From: an uncultured Chloroflexia bacterium
GTDB lineage: Bacteria; Chloroflexota; Anaerolineae; B4-G1; SLSP01
DNA: 64,000 nucleotides
Reading direction: 5' to 3'
Assembly (NCBI GenBank): GCA_963751345.1
Contig: CAVVUS010000047.1
Coordinates: forward strand, 32,001 to 96,000
A program made the translations under genes and the position numbers. The notes beneath the pieces were generated by a model. The model worked only from the letters and a program-made list of their open reading frames with translations. It searched no databases and had not been told where the DNA came from. This document shows positions 8,896 through 19,186 of this stretch, in pieces; the first letter of the stretch is position 1; the number at the start of each line of letters is the position of its first letter.

Positions 8896-9204
8896 GGTGA
8901 GGCTCAAGATGAGCCCCTGTTCGCCGTCGTCCCATAGGCCAACGTGAGTTGCGTGAGGTGCTGCAGCGTTCGTTCTGAGCTACGGGCAGAGGCGGCGATC
9001 GGGCAATAGGACCCTCTCGAGCAGGGCCGGTCACGCGCATCTGAATTGCACCTTGTCGACCCAGCACCCGCGGGGTAGAGTTGGGGTCGCATGCGCTTTC
9101 TCTGCATCGCCGCCGTCCTCGTTCGAGGCCAACCACGCGCTGCTTGGCCAAGACACTGGCCAATGTGGAAGTCCGGACAAGCAGCCCCAGACTTCTGTCT
9201 GGTT

Positions 9205-9384
9205 AGGCGCAACGCCCTGGACGGCGAGGAGGCTCTTCAGGTCGTCAAGCGAGTGGGCGGACAGATAGGTGTCGATCTTGGCCGCCCACAGTTCCAGTGC
9301 CTTCAGCCCGGCATGGGCTGTGGCCATGACATCTGTTTCGAGGTCGGATGTCATCGACGTGGCTCCGTGAAACCCCAGTCTCAT
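9205..9384 (-). pseudogene. Truncated sugar-phosphate isomerase/epimerase (IolI-like TIM barrel), N-terminal ~60 aa only
   Basis: MRLGFHGATSMTSDLETD...ALELWAAKIDTYLSAHSLDDL resembles the IolI N-terminus; strong GGAGGAG RBS; sequence after GVAP looks unrelated. Confidence 0.6.
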
Positions 9385-9661
9385 GGTCTCCTCCTCTGTA
9401 CTCGGATTCCATCGGTAGTGGCGCGGTCATCGCCTGAACGATCAGGGCGACGGCAGTGCTCGCGTTCAGGGGAGACGACCCTCATAGTGGATCAGAGCAC
9501 ATGCTGCTGTCAACCTTTCAGACTCGCGGAGACCGGCACGCCGGGGCCGCACCTCACCCCCCCACTACCACGTTCGGGGGGTGACAACCACACCGCCCTG
9601 AGGTTATGCTTCAGTGACATGAGCAGGACAGAACCAGCCGATGCGAGGAGGATGGGGACAT

Positions 9662-10573
9662 ATGAAACAGCGCATGTATGCCGGCGAAGCTGATCTCAAG
9701 CTGCTCCAGGACTTCAATGCCGCGGCGATCGCGGTGACGGACCACTGCGGATATCTCCATCCCGGAGACATTCCCTTCCACATCTACAACGGCAACAAAC
9801 GCTACGATCCCACCGAGATCTTGAAGATCTGGGAGGACGAACGGGGGGTGGCTGCGTGGCGAATGGTCGACCCCAGCCACAAGAGCTACGATGCCCAGGT
9901 GCGGCCCGATCTACGGGGCGGCATCTTCGAACGTGACCTGCTCGAAGATGCCGAGGCTCGCCTCCTGGAGTTCATGCGTCGCTACGATGTCCGTAGCGAC
10001 GTCATTTGCGCAGACGCATTCCGGGGCGACACACCTCGGTCTGAGCTTCTCGTGGCGTTGGGCTGGGAACCGGACGATGAACTGCCCTACGTACTGAACA
10101 AGATGAAGATCGAGCCTGTGATCGTGCCGGCTCTCCCGGTAGGCTACTCGTTCCGGTCGGCCCACGCCCCTGACGATGCTGCCGCCCTGGCCGAGGTGCA
10201 TAACGCCTCCTTCGGGGCGAGCTGGACTCCTGAATCGTACCGGCGATTCATGGCGTCTCCGGGCTATTCCCCGGGACGGGAGCTGGTCATTCAGGCCCCG
10301 GATGGAAGCCTCGTGGCTTTCACCATCATCTGGTACGACCATCTGAATCGCACCGGGTCGTTCGAACCCGTCGGCACGCATCGGGATCATTGGCGCCAAG
10401 GGTTTGGCCGGGCGGTGATGACGTACGGGCTACAGCAGATGGCTGCCGCCGGAATGGAGCTTGCAACGGTTGCTCATTTCGGTAACAATGAGGCTGCCCG
10501 AGGGCTTTACCAAGCCATCGGATTCAGGCCCTGGCATCTGCTGGACGGATACGTGAAGTGCATTCCTGACTGA
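9662..10573 (+). CDS. GNAT family N-acetyltransferase
   Basis: C-terminal EPVGTHRDHWRQGFGRA and NEAARGLYQAIGF acetyl-CoA motifs. Confidence 0.88.
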   Translation: MKQRMYAGEADLKLLQDFNAAAIAVTDHCGYLHPGDIPFHIYNGNKRYDPTEILKIWEDERGVAAWRMVDPSHKSYDAQVRPDLRGGIFERDLLEDAEARLLEFMRRYDVRSDVICADAFRGDTPRSELLVALGWEPDDELPYVLNKMKIEPVIVPALPVGYSFRSAHAPDDAAALAEVHNASFGASWTPESYRRFMASPGYSPGRELVIQAPDGSLVAFTIIWYDHLNRTGSFEPVGTHRDHWRQGFGRAVMTYGLQQMAAAGMELATVAHFGNNEAARGLYQAIGFRPWHLLDGYVKCIPD

Positions 10574-10691
10574 CCTGGATCTTCAGAACTCTCGCCGATC
10601 ACCATTCCTGGAAGCGGCTTTTCCGGGGCCGTTCTGCAAGGGCATCATCTGGGCTGGAGGAGTAACTCGAACCCGACAGGAGAGTGAGTCT

Positions 10692-11682
10692 ATGAAGAGA
10701 GTGCTGGTTACCCTACTGCGCTGGGGCGGGCGGGTACTGCTGGTTGGCCTGTGTCTCTTCTTGGGCCTCATCGTCTATCTGCTGATTCGTGAGTCTGTCA
10801 CTCGAGGCAGGTACCGGGCTGAGTTTCCCCCGCCGGGTCGAATGGTGGATCTTGGCAGCCACCGGATCCATCTGAACTGCGTTGGAAGCGGCACGCCAAC
10901 GGTCGTTTTTGAGGCCGATCTTGATCAGTACGGATCGCTAAGCTGGGCTCCAGTCCAGGCCGAGATAGGCGAAGTTGACCCGCGCATGCAGCTACGATCG
11001 CGCCGGCATCATGTGGAGTGAGCCGGGTCCACGCCCAAGAGATGGCGAGACGATTGCCGGTGAACTAAGCGCTGTCCTTGATGCGGCGGGAGAGCGCGGT
11101 CCCTACGTCCTCGTAGGACATGCGTTTGGCGGCGCCTACGTGAGGATATTCGCGGGGCAGAATCCGGACGATGTGTGCGGCATGGTGCTGGTTGAGTCAA
11201 GCCATCCGGAGATGTTCGAGCGATACGAGGAGGTCGGCCTTGCTCAGGAGATTCCGGACGGAAACACCCGGCCTCTGATCTTGCTCCTGTCTCATCTGGG
11301 GATGCCCGGGCGCTACAAGGGGAACATATACGACTTGCCTTCCGAGATCTATGATCCGATACAGGCTTTCTTACCGCAATCGAGCATGGCCTGGTTTGAC
11401 GAGACCGTGGAGTCACCTAAGACACTGGATCAGGCCGGACAGTACCGGTATCTTGGCGACTTCCCGCTGATTGTGATCGCGTCGGGGACTCCCATCACTT
11501 CACTCAAGGATCAAGGACAGATCTTTCAGGATCTGTGGATCGAACTGCAGCACGATCTGCTCTCGCTAAGCGGGGACAGTGAGATCAGGATCTCTGAGAC
11601 CGGGCACTATCCGCAGCTTCAGAATCCCGAGTTGGTCATCCAGGCTATTCAGGACGTGCTCGCGAAGATCAGCGGAGAGTAG
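10692..11682 (+). CDS. Alpha/beta hydrolase with N-terminal TM helix (frameshift near 10975)
   Basis: FPPPGRMVD, TRACSYDRAG, LVGHAFGG (the nucleophile position is Ala), TGHYPQ; split over ORFs 10692..11021 and 10975..11682. Confidence 0.8.
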
Positions 11683-11740
11683 CGCTGACAGCTGATCACT
11701 GTATGCTATTGGCAACACCAACCTTAGGAGGAGCCGAACC

Positions 11741-12508
11741 ATGTCAGAGTTCAACTGGGACAAGGATAACATTCGTCATCTGGACATCACCGATCTGGAG
11801 CGTATCGAGCGATTCAGGCGCGCGGGCTACGGCGGGAGCGTCTCCGACTCGCTCAATAGCCTTGGCGTTCGCGACACGGTCTTCTCGCCGCGGTTCAAGG
11901 CGCTGCGCCAGGGGATGCAGTTGGTCGGCCGCGCGCTGCCGGTGAAGCTGCATTCGCTGGTCGAGCGCAAGCTCTCTAAGGAGGAGTGGGAGGCGGAGCA
12001 AGCCAAATGGGAGGCCCAGGGCGGCCATCCGCAGAAGCGCATGATGCGCGCTGTGGCCGAGTCGGAGCCCGGCTCGGTGCTCTGCTTCGACTGCGGCGGC
12101 GATATGCAGCCCGCGCACTTCGGCGAGATGAGCTGCCAGGTCGCCTATGCCCACGGCTGCCGGGGGATGCTGTTGGCGGGCAACTGCCGGGATACGCAGT
12201 ACGTCCTGAAGATGGCGGACTTCCCGATGTTCAGCTTTGGCACCCGGCCCAATGCCTTTGGCGGGTGGATCGTGACGGATGTGAATGTGCCCATTCATCT
12301 GCCGGGCCATCTGACCCACTACGTCAACGTTTTCCCCGGGGACTTCATCTTCGCCGACAACGACGGCGCCCAGTTGATCCCCAAGGATCTGGTCGACGAG
12401 GTGCTGCTCCGGGTGGAGGATATCTTCGCAAAGGAAAACGAGGAGCGGGAGCAGTTGGCGGCCGGGATGCCCATCGACGAGATCTATCGCGTCTTCGGTG
12501 TCCTGTAA
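11741..12508 (+). CDS. RraA/HMG-aldolase family protein
   Basis: VGRALPV, AHFGEM, AGNCRD, PGDFIFADNDG. Confidence 0.85.
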   Translation: MSEFNWDKDNIRHLDITDLERIERFRRAGYGGSVSDSLNSLGVRDTVFSPRFKALRQGMQLVGRALPVKLHSLVERKLSKEEWEAEQAKWEAQGGHPQKRMMRAVAESEPGSVLCFDCGGDMQPAHFGEMSCQVAYAHGCRGMLLAGNCRDTQYVLKMADFPMFSFGTRPNAFGGWIVTDVNVPIHLPGHLTHYVNVFPGDFIFADNDGAQLIPKDLVDEVLLRVEDIFAKENEEREQLAAGMPIDEIYRVFGVL

Positions 12509-12521
12509 CCGAGGACGGGGC

Positions 12522-13353
12522 GTGAACGAGAAGCCGCTTGAGGGCAGGACGGCCTGGGTAACGGGGTCCTCGCGGGGCATCGGGCGGGTGATCGCGTCGC
12601 ATCTTGCGAGCCTCGGGGCGCGGGTAGCGGTGCACGGCACGACGCCGACCTCGACCCGCGCCTTTGGCGAGGCCGAGTCGCTGGATGCGGTTGCCCAGGC
12701 GATTGCCGATGAGCATGGCACGGAGGTCGTGCCCGTCTGGGCTGACCTCACGGTCGAGGCCGAGGTGAAGCGGGTCGTGGCCGAGATCCGGGCACGACTT
12801 CGGCACGATCGACATCCTGGTCAACTGCGCCGGGGGCGATATCGGCGCGCAGGGGGCGATGGGCGAGAACGCGGGCAAGCCGGCGGGCAACGATCCGCTG
12901 ACGATCTCGCTGGACGATATCCGCGTCGTTCTGGACCGCAACCTGATGACGTGTATCCTCGCGTGTCGCGAGGTCGCGCCGGAGATGATGGCACGAAGGT
13001 CCGGGTGGATCGTCACCGTGGGCAGCGTTGCGGGGCTGTCGGGACACGCTGCCGAGGCCATCTACAGCACGGCCAAGGCCGCGGTCCACGAGTATTCTCG
13101 CTGCCTGGCTGCTATGCTGCGACCTTACAACGTCCTGGTGAACGTGGTCGCACCCGGTGAGATCGTCACAGCGCGTTTCCTGGCCAGCCGCCCGATTGAC
13201 GAGGCTCGTCGAACCACGGAGGGCTCACTGGAGCGTTACGGGTGGCCCATTGAGGTCGCACGTACCGTGGCCTTCCTGGTCAGCGACCAGGCATCCTACA
13301 TCAGCGGGCAGGTTCTGCGTATCGACGGCGGTGCGCAGCTCTGGCCCGCGTGA
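12522..13353 (+). CDS. SDR family oxidoreductase (frameshift near 12800)
   Basis: VTGSSRGIG, IDILVNCAG, YSTAK, VNVVAPG, ISGQVLRIDGG. Confidence 0.88.
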
Positions 13354-13357
13354 GGCT

Positions 13358-14881
13358 ATGATGAAGGTTCTTGTAGGTGGCTTCGGCCACGAGTCCAACA
13401 CCTTCACTCCCTTCCTGACGCGTCTGGAGGATTTCCATCCCCGCTACGGTCCGGAGACGCTGGTCCCCACCGCGCGGCGCGGCGCCTTTGGCGGCATCGT
13501 GGACACCCTGGAAGCCCATAGAGGAGTTACGCTCGTCCCCACCATCACGGCCCACGCGATGCCCGGCGGCATCGTCGAGCGAGAGGCGTTCCGTACCCTC
13601 AAGACGCGAATCCTCGAACAGGCGGATGGCGTGGACGGCGTCTGTCTCTATCTACACGGCGCGATGCGGGCCGAAGGGGTCGACACCTGCGAGAACGTCC
13701 TGCTGCGCGAGCTGCGGCAGCGGCTTGGCCCCCACGTGCCGATCGTTATCGCGCTGGATATGCACGCCAACATCGTCGCCGAGACGGCCAAGATCGTTGA
13801 TGCGATGGTCGCCTACCACACGGCACCTCACGTCGATGCCTACGAGACGGGCGTGACGGCAGCCACGATGCTGCTTCAGATCCTGAAGGAGCATCGCAGC
13901 CCGGCGATGGGCTTTGCGAAAATCCCGTTCCTGTTGCCGGGAGAGAAGGCCCAGTCCTCCATCGGGACGATGGGGGAGATGATGCAGGCCGTCGCCGAGC
14001 TGGAAGCCCGCCCGGAGATCCTCTCGGCCTCGCTGATGAACGGCCATTGCTGGGCCGACGTGCCCGATATCGGGGTGGCCGCTGTGGTCGTGACCGACGG
14101 CGACGCAACGTTGGCCCAGGCCGAGGCCAACCGTTTGGCCTCGATGTTCTGGGAGCGGCGGGCCGACTTCGATTTCGGCACCGAGGCGTATCCCGTGGAT
14201 CAAGCCGTTGAGACCGCTATGGCGGCTCCCGAGCCCACCGTCTTTCTCTCTGACTCGGGCGACAATCCCGGTGCCGGCGGCACCACCGACGTCACGGCGG
14301 TGCTGGCCTCGCTCCTGGCACACGGCGCCTCCCATACCGTGGTCGCGTCGATTTGGGATGCGTCAGCCGTAGAGGCGTGCATCTCGGCCGGTGTCGGCGC
14401 CGAGGTCAGCCTCTCCCTGGGCGGGAAGCTGGACACGCGCCACGGCACCCCACTCGACGTCACGGGTAGGGTGCGCCTGATCAGCGATGGCGAGTATTAC
14501 TGGGGCGGCATACGCGACCCACATCGCCTGTCGCGACGGGGTCTGACGGTCGTGCTCACCGTGGGTGGGGTCGACGTGATCGTCACCGCCGAGCGCCACA
14601 GCTACGTCGAGCCCGCGCAGTTTCACAGCCTGGGCATCGATCCCCTGGCGTACAAGATCGTGGTGCCCAAGCGCGGCTACCTCACGGCGCCGCTGGAGGC
14701 GATCAGCCCGCGCTCGATCCTGGCGATCAGCCCAGGCGTGACCAATTGCGACGTCACGCAGCTTGACTACCGGCGCGTGAACCGCCCAATGTACCCGCTG
14801 GACTTGGATGCTACGTGGGAGCCGGCGGCAGGATCGCGGCTAGCGATGCCAGCGCCTCTTCTGAAGGGTGACCCGTCGTGA
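13358..14881 (+). CDS. M81 family (MlrC-like) metallopeptidase/amidohydrolase
   Basis: HESNTF, LHGAM, DMHAN, YHTAPHVD, DSGDNPGAG. Confidence 0.9.
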   Translation: MMKVLVGGFGHESNTFTPFLTRLEDFHPRYGPETLVPTARRGAFGGIVDTLEAHRGVTLVPTITAHAMPGGIVEREAFRTLKTRILEQADGVDGVCLYLHGAMRAEGVDTCENVLLRELRQRLGPHVPIVIALDMHANIVAETAKIVDAMVAYHTAPHVDAYETGVTAATMLLQILKEHRSPAMGFAKIPFLLPGEKAQSSIGTMGEMMQAVAELEARPEILSASLMNGHCWADVPDIGVAAVVVTDGDATLAQAEANRLASMFWERRADFDFGTEAYPVDQAVETAMAAPEPTVFLSDSGDNPGAGGTTDVTAVLASLLAHGASHTVVASIWDASAVEACISAGVGAEVSLSLGGKLDTRHGTPLDVTGRVRLISDGEYYWGGIRDPHRLSRRGLTVVLTVGGVDVIVTAERHSYVEPAQFHSLGIDPLAYKIVVPKRGYLTAPLEAISPRSILAISPGVTNCDVTQLDYRRVNRPMYPLDLDATWEPAAGSRLAMPAPLLKGDPS

Positions 14882-16643
14882 GGTCCCAGCCCAGTTCTGC
14901 ATAGGCGCCTGCGATCAGTGCCTCCTGGTCCGGGACGAAGCCCTCCGTCGGGCCATCTATCGGCCGGCTCAGAATATCGGGCAACCGCTCATCCTCACGC
15001 GTCAGCCCTCGCTGCAGGTTGATGAGCCGCTTGATCGTGAGGATGCGCTTTCCTGCCGCCAGCAAGTCTTCGGGGCTTGACGTCCAGCCGGTGATGGCGT
15101 TGAGTGCCCGCGCGATCGCGTCCGTTCCTGGGTTCTGGAACTGGCACAGGGTCAACGCGTTGTAGACGCTGCGCCAGGCCATCTGCCGGGCCGTGATACG
15201 CCCCTTCTCCTCGCTGGCCTCAAACCGGTCTCCTGGAAGCACCCCAAGCTCGACCGGCGGTCCCTGGCCGATGTCGACGCCGTACATGTCGCCCTGCATG
15301 TGGCAGGCTCCACGGGGGGATAGTGCGTAGACGGCGGCCATACCGCTGAAGGCGCGCGGGTCGTGCATCGGCAGCTCCAATCCATTGACGGTCGCGGCGA
15401 GACCGGGGACGCCGAATCTCTCGGCCAGCCGCCGGGTGCCGTCTGCCAGGAGCCGCGCCAAACCCCTCTCGCCGGGCCATCATCGGGATCGCAGCGTGGA
15501 CGGCGGCTGCATTCCCGTAGCGGAGGTCCAGCCCCCCGGTCTGGTCTGATGTGAGCAGACCCCGAGCAGCGAGTTCGCACGCCAGCCCGATCGTGACGCC
15601 GGTGCTGATGGTGTCGAGCCCATAGACGTTGCACAGATGCCCGGCGTAGATCACGGCCTCCAGGTCGCTGATCATCAGCAGGGACCCCAGCGCCCCTACC
15701 GTCTCGTACTCGGGCCCGTCGACGCGGTCGGCGCCGTACGACGGCGCGCGGGTCTCGCGGCCGCACGCGATGGGGCAGCGATAGCAGGCACGGTTGCGCG
15801 TCTGGTACGATTCGGCCATCAACACACCCGATAGGTCGCCGGCCGGCGCCCACTCGCCCTGCTGGAAGTAGCGGATGGGGGTATCGCCAAACATCAGCCC
15901 CATGTCCCAGTAGCCCGCGGTTCCCGCCAAGCGCAGCGACATCGAGGCGACATCCTCATTGTTGTATTGGATCACCTCTCGCGCGAGCGTGGCCAGCGTC
16001 TCGGGATCAGCCACCGGCACCGGGGCCCGACCACGGACGGCGATGGCCTTCAGACGCTTGGACCCCAGGACGGCGCCCAGGCCCGTGCGGCCTGCGGCAC
16101 GCCCATGGTCGTTGATCAGCGCCGCCATCTTGACGAGGTGCTCGCCCGCTTCCCGATGCAGACGACCCTCGCCCTCGAATCACCAAGTCGCGCGTGGATC
16201 TCCGTCTGGGTCTCGTAGGTGTCAAGCCCCCAAAGCCCGTCTGCGTCGTGGATCTCGGGCGCGCCATCGACAATCGAGAGCCAGACCGGTCGTTGGGCTG
16301 CCCCTGTAATGATGACGCCGTCATATCCGGCGAACTTCAGCTCCGGGCCGAAGAAGCCTCCAGCGTTAGCCTCGCCCCAGATGCCGGTCAGCGGGGAGAG
16401 GGCAGCGACGCTGAATCGCCCGGCCGACGGCATCACAGTGCCGACCATTGGGCCCGTCATCAGGATCAGGGGGTTGGCTGGGCCCAGGGGGTCCGTATCG
16501 CTGCCGATAAGGTCGAGGAGATACCTGGCGGCTAACCCGCTGCCGCCGATGAACGCACGTGCGTGATGGACATCGAGAGGATTGTCCCAGGTGCGTCGGT
16601 CTGCCAGATCGACACGCAGGACCTTTCCCATGTAACCTGTCAT
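14811..16643 (-). CDS. aor: Aldehyde:ferredoxin oxidoreductase family (W/Mo-pterin), frameshifts near 16140 and 15455
   Basis: GYMGKVLRVDL, SPLTG..GEANAGG, GRAAGRTG.GAV.GSKRLKAI, CYRCPIAC, GPEYET, HDPR, RGACH spread over three ORFs. Confidence 0.88.
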
Positions 16644-16674
16644 ATGGCCTCGCAGATGATAGCGTTGGTCTCGT

Positions 16675-17838
16675 CTAGAAATCGATGCGGATACCCCGGT
16701 AGACGGATTCGAAGAATGCCCGCAGCTCCTCATAGGATGGAGAGCGAGCCGCCGTCATCAGGCAAGCGTCGTTGAACGCATCGTCCACGAGATGCTCCAG
16801 GGCTGCCTCGTAGTCGGCCCAAGCTATTCCGAGGTCACGCAGCGCCGTGGTCTGGCCCAGGTCCGTGCGGAACCTGAGGAGGCGCTCAGCGAGAGCTCGG
16901 GCCGAGGCTTCGGACCCGCCCTTCGCGCAGCCCAGGGCGTCTGCCATCAGCGCGAAGCGCTCGGGCGCCTGGGCGGCCATGAACTGGATCGTGTAGGGCA
17001 GCAGCAAGCCCACCGCGCGACCGTGCGGGACGTGGAAGCGGCCCCCGAGGGCATGGCCGCAGGCGTGCGCCATCGAGGCCATCGCGTTGCCGAACCCGAG
17101 TCCGGCGAGCGTCGCGGCGTTGTGCATCCGCTCCCTCGCCGCCAGGTCACCGCCATTCGCAGCGGCGTGGGGCAGGTATTCGAGGACAAGCTGAGCGGCT
17201 TGGAGGCAGATGCCATCGGTCATATCAGTGTGCCACGTGCAGGTGTAGCCTTCGACAGCGTGTGTCAGGGCGTCCAGCCCGGTGTCGATGGTGAGTTGGC
17301 GGGGCATACCCTTGGCCATCTCGGGATCGACGATGGCAAGATCTGCTGTGTTCTCGCGGTTGCCCAGACCCAGTTTGCGGCCTACCTCGGTGTCAGTCAG
17401 CACGATGGCCCACGTGACTTCGGCACCGGTGCCACTGGTCGTTGGGATCGTGATGAGTCGAGCTTTCCTGCGCAGTCCCAGCTCAACAATGGGGTTGATC
17501 TCGGCGGGATCCATGTCGGGCCGCTCGTAGATGACCCAGATCGCCTTGGCGGCGTCCATGGGGGAGCCGCCACCGACACCGATCACCCAGTCGGGCTGTA
17601 TATCAAGGGCGACCTGCGCCCCCGCCCGGACGGTCTCCAGGCTTGGGTCCGGCTCCACCTGATCGAAGACGTCGTAGCCGATCCCTGCCTTCCTGAGACG
17701 GGAGGTTACCAGGTCGACGAGACCCAGCGCCACGATCGTCGGATCGGTGACGATCAGCGCCCGCCGGCCGCTGAGTTCATCAAGGGCCGCCAGACTCCCC
17801 TCGCCAAAGACGATCTGGGGTGACGTGAAATACCACAT
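16675..17838 (-). CDS. Iron-containing alcohol dehydrogenase
   Basis: GGGSPMDAAK, PTTSGTGAE, DALTHAVEG, AH...H, VPHG. Confidence 0.92.
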   Translation of the reverse strand: MWYFTSPQIVFGEGSLAALDELSGRRALIVTDPTIVALGLVDLVTSRLRKAGIGYDVFDQVEPDPSLETVRAGAQVALDIQPDWVIGVGGGSPMDAAKAIWVIYERPDMDPAEINPIVELGLRRKARLITIPTTSGTGAEVTWAIVLTDTEVGRKLGLGNRENTADLAIVDPEMAKGMPRQLTIDTGLDALTHAVEGYTCTWHTDMTDGICLQAAQLVLEYLPHAAANGGDLAARERMHNAATLAGLGFGNAMASMAHACGHALGGRFHVPHGRAVGLLLPYTIQFMAAQAPERFALMADALGCAKGGSEASARALAERLLRFRTDLGQTTALRDLGIAWADYEAALEHLVDDAFNDACLMTAARSPSYEELRAFFESVYRGIRIDF

Positions 17839-17853
17839 AGGACACCTGCGCGA

Positions 17854-19120
17854 TTAGCCTGCGAACGGCGATTTCGTCCAGATCCTTGGTCTTCGTTTCG
17901 TAGGGATTCACCCCCAGGATGATGGCAATGGGTACCAGGACGATACCCGCCGCCGCCACCCAGAACCACTCCATCGTGGGCGATGACTTTGAGCAGCACC
18001 GCGGCCAAGCGCCGGGCCCGACGACGTAGGAGATCCGGGCGACCGTCGTCGTCCAGCCCATGCACGCGCCACGCCGTTCGGTGGGGAAGACCTCGGGGAC
18101 GTAGACGACGATCCAGGTGTAGGTGAACGAGGTGAAGAATCCCGTGATCGCCGTCACAATGGGCAGCAGGATGCCATTGGCGAAAGCCATCGCGATCAGG
18201 AAGAGCGAGAGGATCACGCATCCGGCGACGAGCGCAGGCTTGCGCCCGATCTTGTCCATGATCGTTCCGGCAGCAAAGCCGCCGGTCATCGCCATCACCA
18301 GCGTAGCCAGGAGCACCAGCGACCACTGCCCCAGCGTGTAGCCCTTGATCGTCATGAAGTAGTAGCCGGCCCAGTAGTAGAGGACGGAGTAGACCAGCCA
18401 GCAGAGCCAGATGGAGGACGAGATCGCGATGTAGCGCAGGTCCCGGCGGTCGATCACGCCAACGCCAAAGAGATGGCGCTTGCGCGTGCCGTCCTGACGC
18501 TGGCGCACGATCAGGTTGTAACGTTGGGTCTCCTTCATGCGCTGCCACATGATGAGCATCGGCAGCATCAGGATGAACATCACGCCGTACATCCATCGCC
18601 AATCCAGCTTGAGGACGTTGAGAAGCAGCGGTGGGAGGAGCGCCTGAAGTGGGATCAGCCCGATGACATAGACCAGGGAGACGTACTTGCCGCGCTTTTC
18701 CGCGGGCGATTCCTCGCTGATGGGGATGGTCCACATGTTCGAGACTGTCGTGAACATCGCCAGGGTGTAGAAGATCATGAACATGGGTAGCGTCGGCGTG
18801 TAGAGCACGATACCGAGACACGAGATGCCCATCAGCAGAACCAGGATCAGGATCGACAGCCTTCGGCCGATCATGTCGTTGAGGCTGTTCAGCAGGAAGA
18901 TGAAGAAGGTGGCGATCAGGTAGACGGCCTCCAACCAGGAGAAGTCGGAGGCTGTGATGCCGTAGGCCTCGATGATGTAGGGAATAGCCGTCGTCTTGAT
19001 GGTGGAGATGTACTGATCCATCACCGCCACCAGTCCCATGAAGATCACGAGGTAGACCAGGTAACTGGTGCTCCTTGCCCGGATCTTGGTTCCTAGTGTG
19101 AGGTCCTCGGTAGCTTCCAT
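17854..19120 (-). CDS. MFS transporter (apparent indels near 18000 and at the 3' end)
   Basis: About 12 TM helices, DMIGRR, ISEESPAEKRG, DKIGRK, PEVFPTERRG. Likely true stop is TAA at 17854-17856; the computed ORF runs on to 17780. Confidence 0.85.
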
Positions 19121-19186
19121 TTGTCCTCTTTCCTTCCTGTGCGACGCAAGATTGAGGATTGGACCCATCTGTCAGATGGGCGCAAT

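Noticed and set aside
9127-9207. Possible integron attC site (GCCTAAC...GTTGGCC on the minus strand) near small cassette-like genes
   Set aside because: No convincing L-box pairing, no repetition after neighbouring genes, and no integron integrase.
14811-14881. 71-bp convergent overlap of the MlrC-like gene and aor as antisense regulation
   Set aside because: Both tails are non-conserved extensions, and short convergent overlaps are common in GC-rich genomes.
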